A stretch of 64,000 nucleotides of DNA from Candidatus Bathyarchaeota archaeon (GTDB lineage Archaea > Thermoproteota > Bathyarchaeia > Bathyarchaeales > Bathycorpusculaceae). Below the pieces are notes generated by a model. It worked only from the letters and a program-made list of their open reading frames with translations. It was not told the DNA's origin and did not search any database. Location of the stretch: contig CAVTBV010000006.1 of assembly GCA_963733095.1 (NCBI GenBank), positions 64,001-128,000 of the forward strand, in the 5' to 3' direction. Below are positions 51,321 through 60,387 of the stretch, piece by piece. The position numbers and the translations under genes are program-made. The number at the start of each line of letters is the position of its first letter. Within the stretch, counting starts at the first letter, position 1.

Positions 51321-52175
51321 ATGGGCGAGGTCATCAAGTATTTCTCGTTGATCCTTATCGCTATTTTGGTGTTTTCAAGTTTAATTATTATTAAATCTGC
51401 ATATGCTCAAACAACGCCTAAGCCAATTGTTCCTGAATTCACTCTAGAAGTTGTTCGCAGTTCTTATGAGCATCCTGCGGTTTACTCAATAGACCCGTAT
51501 ACTGGGGAAAATGTGACAATTGTTCAAGCAAGAGTTGATTATGTGACGGAGATAGTTATTACGATTAAGAATCAACTGTTTGCATCATATAAAGACTCAA
51601 ATGGCAACTGGATTGAACTTTTCTACAATATTCAATCAAAGGGACATTTTTCACATTCGTGGAATACTATTTCAAATATGTACGATATCGGTCCACTAAA
51701 ACAATCAGACACTGGCTTTACAACTCAGAGCTATTGGGCAAACTCTACTCCGGCAAATGCCCAAATTGATTTCAGAGCCCAGGCAATGATAGGGTTTTAT
51801 CATGATGTTTACACTGGTCAAACACTTAATGGATATAGTCCAGTGTTTGTTGGAGAAAACAGCGCGTGGAGTAGCATACAAACTCTTAATATTACCGATA
51901 GCTCGACAATAATCTCCGAAACAGAGCCTTCTTCATCTCCTGCATCGCCCTCGCATAACCCAACCGAGACGCCTCAGCAACCAAAGATTAAAACTGGGGT
52001 TTTGTTTGGTCTCAACTGGGAGCAAATAGCCATAATCCTGTTAGGCATCACAGTTATTTTTTTAATGATTACATTAATTCTTTCAAGCAGAAGAAGTGCA
52101 AAGCAGACCAGCAATGTCGTTAATGCTTCGTTTCCTCAAGCGCTTTTAACATTGTTACTCCTTTATCGGTCATAA
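51321..52175 (+). CDS. secreted/surface protein with C-terminal TM
   Basis: Signal peptide, KPIVPEFT, YSIDPYTG, IDFRAQAMIG, S.WS..QT; P/S/T linker, then TM helix. Confidence 0.82.
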   Translation: MGEVIKYFSLILIAILVFSSLIIIKSAYAQTTPKPIVPEFTLEVVRSSYEHPAVYSIDPYTGENVTIVQARVDYVTEIVITIKNQLFASYKDSNGNWIELFYNIQSKGHFSHSWNTISNMYDIGPLKQSDTGFTTQSYWANSTPANAQIDFRAQAMIGFYHDVYTGQTLNGYSPVFVGENSAWSSIQTLNITDSSTIISETEPSSSPASPSHNPTETPQQPKIKTGVLFGLNWEQIAIILLGITVIFLMITLILSSRRSAKQTSNVVNASFPQALLTLLLLYRS

Positions 52176-52371
52176 CATATTTGGCTCGATATTTGGGCGA
52201 GTTTTTCTCGACATAGCCACTAAAAACTAAATGGGTAAACGTATTTTCAAAACTTGCATGAGTACCCGCTTTCGCAATGGTGCGTTTCGCTAGTTCTGTT
52301 CGGCTCAAAGGCTGACGACTAAGCTCATGCAAAATGATTTTTGTCAATTCTATGTTCAAATTCTTCATCAA
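52120..52371 (-). CDS. small wHTH protein
   Basis: ILHELSRQPLSRTEL...LVFSGYVEK...YVMTDKG; GGAGG upstream. Confidence 0.75.
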   Translation of the reverse strand: MMKNLNIELTKIILHELSRQPLSRTELAKRTIAKAGTHASFENTFTHLVFSGYVEKNSPKYRAKYVMTDKGVTMLKALEETKH

Positions 52372-53033
52372 GCCTTTAGTCCTCCTTATGAACAGATTAC
52401 CAATTGCACATTTCTAACTGCAGTCTTCTTCGGTGTGCCAGACGGTCCATATGCGTACGCCATAGCGTTTCAATAAGAGTTTTAGAGCCAGGATTATGAA
52501 TGAGACAACTCCAATTTCTTGCTCAATGGCGGTTATCTGCTCAAATAAAATTCGTATCATCCATACACTTCCAAACTGTTTATTACCCTTTATTCTTTTA
52601 AACTACAAGATAAACCGACACTCTAGAGTCGGGGAGGGTTAAACGAAAGTGAAAATTACTGCTTTTACTAATCAACACCTAGGTAACTACTGAGCTGTAA
52701 CTTGTTTGAAAAGAAAACGGGTGAAGAAGAGGAAGACTGGCGCTACTCCTGATGAACCTTATGATCTTGAGGATGAACCATAAGTCGGTCTTTTTCAGGG
52801 CTTAGGTTTCTCCAACATTGATTGAACTTTTGTGTAACATGTAACTTAATCTTTATCGTTTCCTCTGGCATATGATAGCTCGTGCCACAAAGGCGCTTAT
52901 AGGTTTCAGCGTAAACTTCAACCGATAATTTCTTTGACATAAAACCCAATCATCACTAACTACCTGTGAAACTTGCTAACACTAAGCATGAAAAAGACCC
53001 AACTTCCAAATCAGTCATAGTTGTAGACACTAC

Positions 53034-53303
53034 TTAGCCTTGCTTTTCAATCGGTACTCTAATTTTTTCAGACATAAGTTTAGGCAAAAGTAAGTCCCGA
53101 GTATTTGTTAAATTGCGTAACTCGCTTTCGTTTAGAAGAACTTTACCATCTAAAGCTTATATCAGTTCACCAAACTTTTCCTGCAAATCCTTTGATGAAA
53201 TAATTACCTCAAACTCATTCACATCTTGCTTATTGACTTGTCCTCTATTAATCAAGCACATTAAATCGAAGAAGATAAAAGCTCTTTGACCTGATACTTT
53301 CAT
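53034..53303 (-). pseudogene. hsdS: relic C-terminus of type I R-M specificity subunit
   Basis: ...LQEKFGELI*ALDGKV...LRNLTNTRDLLLPKLMSEKIRV matches the HsdS C-terminal RD.LLPKLMSG motif. In-frame TAA at 53157-53159. Confidence 0.7.
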
Positions 53304-53317
53304 CACTCGAATGTTTC

Positions 53318-54103
53318 CTACTTTAGCCTTTCAACAAGTCGTTTTAGAGGCGCAAGAGTGCTTTGGTTTTTCTGCTCAATTTCAGTTGTTACTCTTGAGA
53401 AAATTTGATAAAGATTTTCGTTGTGAAGATTGCCGTTTCCATGCAAAAATGAAACCTGAAAAGCGAATGCTTCAATAAAAATCTCGCGCAATGTTATCAA
53501 CTCCATATTTAGGAATTCCTTTATGTCCAATTCAGCATCTTTTGCACTCATTCCCTGTTGATCTATCATGATTTTCTTCACGTAATCTACGTTAGGCAAT
53601 TTATCTTTCGCTATGGCCTCTGCTGCGGCATTTACTATCGCTCGATAAATATCTGATCCATAATGCTGCTCAAACCAATCTATCTCCTTGAAAACTGCAA
53701 AATCTAACGTGACACCGCAGACTTTTAGAAACTTTGCTAAATCTTTTAGATTACACGGCTTTATCTTGCTAACAATAACTTGGTTTGATAGGTCAATTGT
53801 GTAATTATATTTGCCGTTTGCTGATAAAAAATCACTAGATGTCGGCACAATCGAGTTTAGAAAAGTGAAGACACCTTTGAGAGTCAAGGCGTAAATCTTC
53901 TTTTCTTTTCCTCCTTTCTCAGAAGGTTCAACCCTTACTAACTTGATAAAGCCTTGACTTTCCAAGGGCTTGAGAGTTCTGAGGATAGTCCGATAGCTAA
54001 GACCTGTTTCTCCAGGCATTTTATATTGTTCTAATTCAGCGGTTGTTAGAAATGCTCTCATTATTTTTGTTTCAGTTTTAACTGCAGTCTTTGTCCTTGA
54101 CAA
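53318..54103 (-). CDS. wHTH transcriptional regulator (putative element repressor)
   Basis: GLSYRTILRTLKPLESQGFI...GGKEKKIYALTLKG; divergent from the replication operon. Confidence 0.75.
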   Translation of the reverse strand: MSRTKTAVKTETKIMRAFLTTAELEQYKMPGETGLSYRTILRTLKPLESQGFIKLVRVEPSEKGGKEKKIYALTLKGVFTFLNSIVPTSSDFLSANGKYNYTIDLSNQVIVSKIKPCNLKDLAKFLKVCGVTLDFAVFKEIDWFEQHYGSDIYRAIVNAAAEAIAKDKLPNVDYVKKIMIDQQGMSAKDAELDIKEFLNMELITLREIFIEAFAFQVSFLHGNGNLHNENLYQIFSRVTTEIEQKNQSTLAPLKRLVERLK

Positions 54104-54177
54104 TGTGACATTACCTATCGTATTATGCCAAACAATGCTTATAAGGTTATTGGAACATTATACCAATCGATGTGACA
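54103..54177. promoter_or_regulatory. bidirectional switch region
   Basis: Palindromic CTTATAAG (54138-54145) lies midway between two ATGTGACA direct repeats (54103, 54170). Confidence 0.5.
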
Positions 54178-54181
54178 AAAT

Positions 54182-54358
54182 ATGCCCATAATCAGGAAAC
54201 TGACAACAGTAGGCGCATCAAAGGGAATAACCCTGCCAAAAAGCTGGCTAGAGAACGCCGAGCAACAAACAGGTGAAAAAATAATAGCAATCGCCCTTGA
54301 AGTTAACGATACAATAACTATTCAGCCAGTTTTTGCAAAAAAGGAGAACCAACAATGA
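54182..54358 (+). CDS. AbrB/MazE-type DNA-binding protein (58 aa, not in ORF track)
   Basis: MPIIRKLTTVGASKGITLPKSWLE...LEVNDTITIQPV; the stop overlaps the next ATG. Confidence 0.85.
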   Translation: MPIIRKLTTVGASKGITLPKSWLENAEQQTGEKIIAIALEVNDTITIQPVFAKKENQQ

Positions 54359-54753
54359 GCGGCGAACACAAGATTGACCTATCAAAGCTCAACGATTTTG
54401 AAATCTCGACGCTAATAATCGAGCGCAATACTTGTCAACATAAGGCCGAACAGATAGACGAACTTCTAAACAAGATCGGGGAAGCCAAAGGATATACCGA
54501 TGCAACTCTTCCAATCAAGAGTGAACCGAGCCAATTGCCCGGGACAGACTTCGATAAGCTACCATGGAAGTCCTATAGAACTAAGCAAGCCGCAGGTCCA
54601 AATGAGGCCGCATGGATTTTCTCCAACACTAAAGGTGATGAAGCGTTACTAGCTGCTTTAAAGTCAAAAAACGGAAGGGTAACCATTGAAAGTTTTGAGT
54701 ATCAACTTCAAGGAAATGCAAAGCAATTCGTTGCTAGGAACCCAATCAAATAA
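54355..54753 (+). CDS. hypothetical protein (element replication operon)
   Basis: Coupled ORF; LPWKSY...AWIFS motif. Confidence 0.75.
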   Translation: MSGEHKIDLSKLNDFEISTLIIERNTCQHKAEQIDELLNKIGEAKGYTDATLPIKSEPSQLPGTDFDKLPWKSYRTKQAAGPNEAAWIFSNTKGDEALLAALKSKNGRVTIESFEYQLQGNAKQFVARNPIK

Positions 54754-54765
54754 GGAGTTAAGTGA

Positions 54766-55833
54766 GTGCTGGCAGTTCAATACTATGTTGAAAATTCTTC
54801 AGATGAAACTCAAGCGCTCAATCTGTTAAAGAGACTCTTTGTCAACCGGACTGATTGTTACTGCATCCAACTCAAGCAACAAGGATACACTCGCATAACC
54901 GAGCCGTTAACCGATGAAGTATTGCTGCGTCATTTAAACGGCGACATGACAGTTGGGTCATATCAAATAGACGTTTACAATTGTGTTAAGTGGCTGTGTT
55001 TCGATTTTGATCCTGAAAAGTTACCTATTCCAAAAGGAGCAGTTAAACAAGTTTTATCAATAATGCTGGAAAAACAAAAAGGAGAGAACGGTACCAAAAC
55101 ACCAAGAATATGGCCCAACAGCATTATCTTGGAGTCTTCACGCTATCCTGACCCATCATACCATATTTGGGTGCTATTTCAAGACGCAATTAAAGCCAAA
55201 GCTGCCCGATGGTTGGGGCTATACATTCTTGAAATGGCAGGTTTAAGTCCTAAGCAAGTTGAAGTTTTCCCCAAACAAGATGAAGTTACACTAGAGAGAC
55301 CGTTTGGTAACTTTGTGAAGTTGCCTTTTGGGAAGCATCAGGTTGAAGGTAAATGGAGCAGAATGTTGGACTTAGAGACCTTTGAGCCATTGCCATCTGA
55401 AGAGCTAGAAAGCAAATATGGCTTAACTTTTAGTGAAAAGGACCTGGAGCAACTTGAAGGGTTACAAACAAAGAAGAACGTTCAAGTCAAGTTTGATGCG
55501 CCAACAGTTTCCAAGGAATTAGGGGGCAAAGATGAAGAAAAAACTGCACACTTTCTATCACGATACTGGTTGCCCGGGTACAGAAACGATCTAACTCTAA
55601 GTTTTTGTGGCATGTGCATAAAACAAGGCATCAGCCACAAATCCGCAAAACGAGTAATAGGGGAAGTCTGTGAGAGAACAGGTACTTCTTCTTGTGAGAC
55701 TTCGGAATTTCTTCAGAAAGTAGATTACCAGTTTACCAATCGAGCCAACCTTGGAAGTTTGAAGGGCAGTTCCGGTATCAGAGAAGTCATTGAAGCGATA
55801 AAAGAAAAACAAACCGTTCAGGTGCATACTTAA
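54766..55833 (+). CDS. AEP-family primase-polymerase with PriCT-like C-terminus
   Basis: LFVNRTD, HL.G..TVGSY, CFDFD (DxD), SYHIWVLF, EVFPKQ, GNFVKLPFG; C-terminal G.RND. Confidence 0.85.
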   Translation: MLAVQYYVENSSDETQALNLLKRLFVNRTDCYCIQLKQQGYTRITEPLTDEVLLRHLNGDMTVGSYQIDVYNCVKWLCFDFDPEKLPIPKGAVKQVLSIMLEKQKGENGTKTPRIWPNSIILESSRYPDPSYHIWVLFQDAIKAKAARWLGLYILEMAGLSPKQVEVFPKQDEVTLERPFGNFVKLPFGKHQVEGKWSRMLDLETFEPLPSEELESKYGLTFSEKDLEQLEGLQTKKNVQVKFDAPTVSKELGGKDEEKTAHFLSRYWLPGYRNDLTLSFCGMCIKQGISHKSAKRVIGEVCERTGTSSCETSEFLQKVDYQFTNRANLGSLKGSSGIREVIEAIKEKQTVQVHT

Positions 55834-57464
55834 TGTTGAGCAATAAACTAGAAAAAATTGAAAAAGATGTAGAAGAAAAAGACGTTTACGTTCAAAAGCC
55901 AACGGTAGTAACTCGAGAGTTTATAGCGGAAGAAGTCTGGGACAGAAGAGATCATCCTCAATATTTAGTTTACCGCTTCAAGGAAGACGCCTTTGAAACC
56001 CAAAAAGAAATTTCATCAGGGGAAACTAACGCTAAAGGACAAAACATCATCTATGTTCCGGTTTACAACGATTCTCTAAAGAAAGGCCTGATAATTGTTC
56101 CGAGCGGATTTAGTGAAACTACGTTTAAGCAATTGTTTGAGGAGATAGATAAGTTTGCGCTGCTAAGTTACGATCCTTGCGGACAGGATGCTCTTGTTAA
56201 CTTGCTTACACGAATCTGCGTTGGATCATGGTTTCTTGACCGGTTTGTTTCTGACCCCGTTTTTGACATAGCTGGAAGCGGAAAATTTGCACCTATAATC
56301 CCAATTCGTGGACCAAGCCAAAGCGGCAAAAACCGCTTAGCCTTTGTTCTAAGATTACTAAGTTACAAACCATACTTTGAAATGTCGACTTACCGAATAC
56401 CCAGCCTTTACCGACCAATGGATCTCTGGCAAGGAACACTTGTGCTTGACGAAGCAGACTTCGCAAACACTAACGAGAAAAGCGAACTAGTACATTTCTT
56501 GAATTGCCGAGCAACTGGAACACCGTTAAGTAGACAAAACCCAAACAACCCAGGAGTCACGGATACTTTCACCAATTTTGGTCTAACAATCGTAACGCAG
56601 CGTAGGCCTTTTGATGATAACGCAACAGAAAGCCGAGCTTTGCCTTTCTACAGCGAAGCCAGCGACAAGCGCCTGCCAGTGATTGAAACAGACGAAATGC
56701 TCAAGCAAGGCTTAGAACTGCAAAACAAGCTCCTGTACCTGAGAATGAAGTATTACCGACAGGTTTCAATAAACAAGGAAGCCTGGGTCGATGAATTAAA
56801 TGACCATCGGCTAGTAGCTTCACTGTTGCCTCTTATCGCCTTAAGCAGTCATGAGCCAAGCCTAAAAGACACCATAACAAAAACCGCTAAAGAGGTAGAA
56901 AAGGCAAAGATAGAGGAAAAAGCTAACAGCATGGATGGTCTAATTATCAATTTCTTATGGGATAAAATCAATGAAGGCCTATTCGACAACTGGCGACCCA
57001 ACATCTTTTACATACTAGATAAACGGGAAATAGGAACTGTAGATGATGACAAAGAAATAGAGCAGAAGACTGCTTTAACAACAAAAGAACTAGCGGACCA
57101 GTTTAAATGGAGCTCACAGTCAATCCGTAAGGCTTTAGGCAGTTTAGGCATTGCCGAAAAAGGGTTGCCTACTCAAGTAAAAGTTGATGGTCGCAATTCT
57201 AGAGTTATCTTTTTTGATCCAAGGAGAATTGAGAAGCGGCTTAGAGAATTTGTAGTTAATTATTCACCTGGAAAGGTAGCGGAAGTAACGCGAGTAACGG
57301 ATTTAGCATGCGGTATACCTGATAGTCCGTTATTTGCTTTTTCAAGAAAAGATGAAATGCTGCATAGAAAAAGCGTTACTTCCGTTACCAGCGTTACCGA
57401 GCCTGAGCATTTCCTTTCTGATTTTGAGGATAAATGTGAACCGCCAAGCGAGGAGGTATCCTGA
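55833..57464 (+). CDS. primase-associated P-loop ATPase/helicase-like replication protein
   Basis: Walker A GPSQSGKN, Walker B LVLDEAD, arginine finger ESR, C-terminal wH; coupled to the primase. Confidence 0.75.
   Translation: MLSNKLEKIEKDVEEKDVYVQKPTVVTREFIAEEVWDRRDHPQYLVYRFKEDAFETQKEISSGETNAKGQNIIYVPVYNDSLKKGLIIVPSGFSETTFKQLFEEIDKFALLSYDPCGQDALVNLLTRICVGSWFLDRFVSDPVFDIAGSGKFAPIIPIRGPSQSGKNRLAFVLRLLSYKPYFEMSTYRIPSLYRPMDLWQGTLVLDEADFANTNEKSELVHFLNCRATGTPLSRQNPNNPGVTDTFTNFGLTIVTQRRPFDDNATESRALPFYSEASDKRLPVIETDEMLKQGLELQNKLLYLRMKYYRQVSINKEAWVDELNDHRLVASLLPLIALSSHEPSLKDTITKTAKEVEKAKIEEKANSMDGLIINFLWDKINEGLFDNWRPNIFYILDKREIGTVDDDKEIEQKTALTTKELADQFKWSSQSIRKALGSLGIAEKGLPTQVKVDGRNSRVIFFDPRRIEKRLREFVVNYSPGKVAEVTRVTDLACGIPDSPLFAFSRKDEMLHRKSVTSVTSVTEPEHFLSDFEDKCEPPSEEVS
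57275..57398. repeat. two inverted arrays of three 9-bp iterons (candidate origin)
   Basis: GGTAGCGGA-AGTAACGCG-AGTAACGGA (57275-57301) and AGCGTTACT-TCCGTTACC-AGCGTTACC (57372-57398). Confidence 0.6.
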
Positions 57465-57470
57465 GAGTTT

Positions 57471-58847
57471 ATGGTTGAGGTTCAGGGAAAAGCGTCTGCC
57501 TCTCCCGGCATACTTGGCAGTAACAGCGTTGACGATGGCACATGTCTTAGTGCTGTGCTTGAAGCTGGGACGCTCCCAAATGAGCCTCAACCAAACGTTA
57601 CCACAACCATATCCCCGGGTAGCTACGATGCACCCATTAAAACGGTCCAATGCCCCGAGTGCGGCAGCACTAAAGTGTTCCGAAACGGCTTTTCCGACAG
57701 CGATTTTGATGCGAGAATTCAGCGTTATGTCTGCCGATCCTGCGGCCGCCGCTTTTCTGATCCAGACGATCTAAAGAGGGCAAAACAAGTCGCAGACAAT
57801 TATCTGCATACGTTGAACTTAAAAGTGGCAGACACTAATATCGAAGATAGCCAAGTATGCGTCTTAAAGGAAGAGGCGAAAAACTTGACACTCGAAACGT
57901 CTGAGAAAATCAGCGTTTTGCAGGGAGAAAAACAAGCAGCACGCGGAATAGACCTTATCGTCAGAGACTTTCAGTGGCAACTCAAGATAGAAGGCAAAGT
58001 GGACGTCACTATCAGAAACTATGGTTACTCGCTTCTACGGCTCTCAAAGCTAGGTGTTGACCTATTCAACCCTGAATCCTTCAAAGAAGGCATGGCATTC
58101 AACGATACCCTAAAGAAAATGACTCCCATAAGGCGGCATGGGTTAACCAAAGCCTACAAAAGTTTCTTAGCTCACAACGGCATTAAAGCAGAGATACCCA
58201 AAATCAAATTCAAACGCAAAATCCCCTACATACCGCCAAAAGAGCACCAAGATCAGCTTTTCTCACGTTGCAGCCCTCAAATGGCGGCTTTCTGCTTCAC
58301 GATGCAAGCAACCGGTGCCAGACCCATTGAGGCTCTTAGAATCGAATGGAACGACATCGACAGATCCCACAAGCGAATCAACATTAACCATCCAGCCAAA
58401 GGCGGCAACAGTCGAAGTATACCTGTTAGCGAGCAACTCATAGAAATGCTGCTGATACTGCCACACGTCAACGGTAAACTGGTCTTCACATACGGAACAA
58501 CCGACAACGCAGGGAATGTCTTTAGAAGAATGCGCACCAGAGCAGTCAGACAATTCGGCAACCCAGAGCTGAAAAGAATTAGCTTCTACAGTTGCCGATA
58601 CTGGAGAGCAACCAAAGAACGCCACGCCAAAGGCAACCCCGACGCCGTCCAATACCTACTAGGACACAGCTCCTTAGCCTACGTTCAAATCTACGCACAG
58701 CTAGCCGCTCAATGTTTCGGCGACCAAGAATATGATGTGATAGAAGTCAGAGATGCCCAGACACTAAGAGAAGTCGGCAGGAAGGGCTACGAGAAATACG
58801 GCGAACTCAACGGCGTATTATACTACCGCAAGCCCAAAACGGATTGA
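57471..58847 (+). CDS. tyrosine integrase with N-terminal Zn ribbon
   Basis: CPECGS...CRSCGR; catalytic TGARPIEAL (R), AKGG (K), FYSCR (YxxR), LLGHS (H) and IYA (Y). Ends 88 bp from the right att site. Confidence 0.92.
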   Translation: MVEVQGKASASPGILGSNSVDDGTCLSAVLEAGTLPNEPQPNVTTTISPGSYDAPIKTVQCPECGSTKVFRNGFSDSDFDARIQRYVCRSCGRRFSDPDDLKRAKQVADNYLHTLNLKVADTNIEDSQVCVLKEEAKNLTLETSEKISVLQGEKQAARGIDLIVRDFQWQLKIEGKVDVTIRNYGYSLLRLSKLGVDLFNPESFKEGMAFNDTLKKMTPIRRHGLTKAYKSFLAHNGIKAEIPKIKFKRKIPYIPPKEHQDQLFSRCSPQMAAFCFTMQATGARPIEALRIEWNDIDRSHKRININHPAKGGNSRSIPVSEQLIEMLLILPHVNGKLVFTYGTTDNAGNVFRRMRTRAVRQFGNPELKRISFYSCRYWRATKERHAKGNPDAVQYLLGHSSLAYVQIYAQLAAQCFGDQEYDVIEVRDAQTLREVGRKGYEKYGELNGVLYYRKPKTD

Positions 58848-58935
58848 TGCGACATGAAAAACCTAAATACACCGTATACCTCTAAAAAACCGCTATCACA
58901 TTTAGCACCGTGTACTAGCAGTTCATCATGGAAAA

Positions 58936-59011
58936 GGGTTCGTAGCCTAGCACGGATTAAGGTGTCGGCCTTCGGAGCCGGAGATCGAGGGTTCAAATCC
59001 CTCCGGACCCG
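58936..59011 (+). tRNA. tRNA-Arg(TCG); nt 1-20 form the right att site
   Basis: GGGTTCG...TCGGC-CTTCGGA-GCCGG...GGTTCAAATCC...CGGACCC-G; no encoded CCA. Confidence 0.95.
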
Positions 59012-59128
59012 CTTTTCTGGAATGATTTTTTGAAGTGACCTATTGTTGATGTGTTTTCTTTTTAGTTTCTAGTAAATCTTAAATCGCTAGCTCATACATA
59101 ATGAAGCCTTGAGCAAGAGGGCGATAAT

Positions 59129-60079
59129 ATGGTAGATATAATTCAAATTATAGCAATAATTGTACCCATAGTAGTACTCGTATATGCCTTTCTCTCTGCA
59201 CTACGGATAGTTAGACCCACCGAAAAAGGCTTAGTTGAACGCCTCGGCAAATACCACCGCTTCGTGCACGGGGGCATAACTTTTCTTGTGCCCTTCGTGG
59301 ATCGCATTATAAAAGTCAACATCACCGAACGCATGACGCCAGTACAGCGTCAAGACGTCATCACAAGGGACAAAGTCTTCATGGGTGTCGACGCCGTTGT
59401 ATTCTACAAGGTTAAACCGGATGAAATTTCTGTGAAAGCCTCGCAGTATTATGTAAATAACTATGAATCCCAAATTGACACTTTGGCAAGGACGGTTCTC
59501 AGAGATATCATAGGCGGCATGGACATGACTGTAGCAAACACATCCCGACCAACAATAAACCAAAAACTCAAAGAAGCCTTAGATGAGCAGACCAGAGATT
59601 GGGGAATTGAAATCGTTCGAGCAGAAATCAAAGACTTAGAACCGCCCAGAGGATTAATGAGCTCTATGGAATCGGTCCTTAAAGCCGACAACGAAAGACA
59701 AGCAGCAGAAAAAACAGCAATTGCCCAAGCAACTTTAGCAAGCGGACAGAAGAATGCTGCGATTCAAGTCGCAGAGGGACAAAAACAAGCAGCAATCCTA
59801 CAAGCTGAAGGACAAAAAACCGCTACTATCGAGATAGCTGAAGGTGACGCTCAAGCCACCAAACTCCGTAATGAGGCATTAACTACTTACTTCAAAGACA
59901 GCGCTATCACGTTCAAACAACTGGATACTATTTCCGCTTCATTGATGAACAACACAAAAATTATTGTTCCCGAAGGCAAAGCCATTTCATTGATCCTAAA
60001 CGAACAGGAAAACCTATCCAAAGCAACCATACTTCCAGTTCCAACGCCGCCATCACAGAAAAGCAGCAAACAAATGTAA
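59129..60079 (+). CDS. SPFH/band 7 (stomatin-like) protein
   Basis: N-terminal TM, GLVERLGKY, QDVITRD...DAVVFY, WGIEIVRAEIKD, AEGQK repeats. Confidence 0.95.
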   Translation: MVDIIQIIAIIVPIVVLVYAFLSALRIVRPTEKGLVERLGKYHRFVHGGITFLVPFVDRIIKVNITERMTPVQRQDVITRDKVFMGVDAVVFYKVKPDEISVKASQYYVNNYESQIDTLARTVLRDIIGGMDMTVANTSRPTINQKLKEALDEQTRDWGIEIVRAEIKDLEPPRGLMSSMESVLKADNERQAAEKTAIAQATLASGQKNAAIQVAEGQKQAAILQAEGQKTATIEIAEGDAQATKLRNEALTTYFKDSAITFKQLDTISASLMNNTKIIVPEGKAISLILNEQENLSKATILPVPTPPSQKSSKQM

Positions 60080-60387
60080 CATCCACAGTAAACCTCTCTT
60101 TTCTTGTTTTTGAGGTTCTTTGTTTGCGAATTGCACTTTGTAAGTTAGACAATTTCATTTCGCTAACAAAAATATCCTCTTTTTACCTCTAACCTGCCAA
60201 ATATGGTAATTGGAAAAATTAGTAAACCACACTTCTCAAAAACGCTTAATTCACGTCAAGCACTATAGGCGTTGGTTAACGGGTACCGTGACGGCTAAAC
60301 CAACATTAGACAGCTTGCCCGTAGCGTCGAAAGAACATAGGTGGCATAAAAATCGTAACAATACTCTTCGCAGTTGCTCCCCTATTC

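Larger units (their letters stand above)
40510..58955. mobile_element. 18.4-kb integrated element (satellite/PICI-like or defective provirus) in the 5' end of tRNA-Arg(TCG)
   Basis: Perfect 20-bp direct repeats at both ends, an integrase next to the right repeat, a primase/ATPase module and virus-like genes. Confidence 0.92.

Noticed and set aside
52390-52949. Short ORFs between the wHTH gene and the hsdS relic
   Set aside because: Fragmentary frames with no recognisable motif; cannot be supported as genes.
40510-58955. Complete autonomous provirus or conjugative element
   Set aside because: No recognisable capsid, portal, large terminase, packaging ATPase, VirB4 or relaxase.
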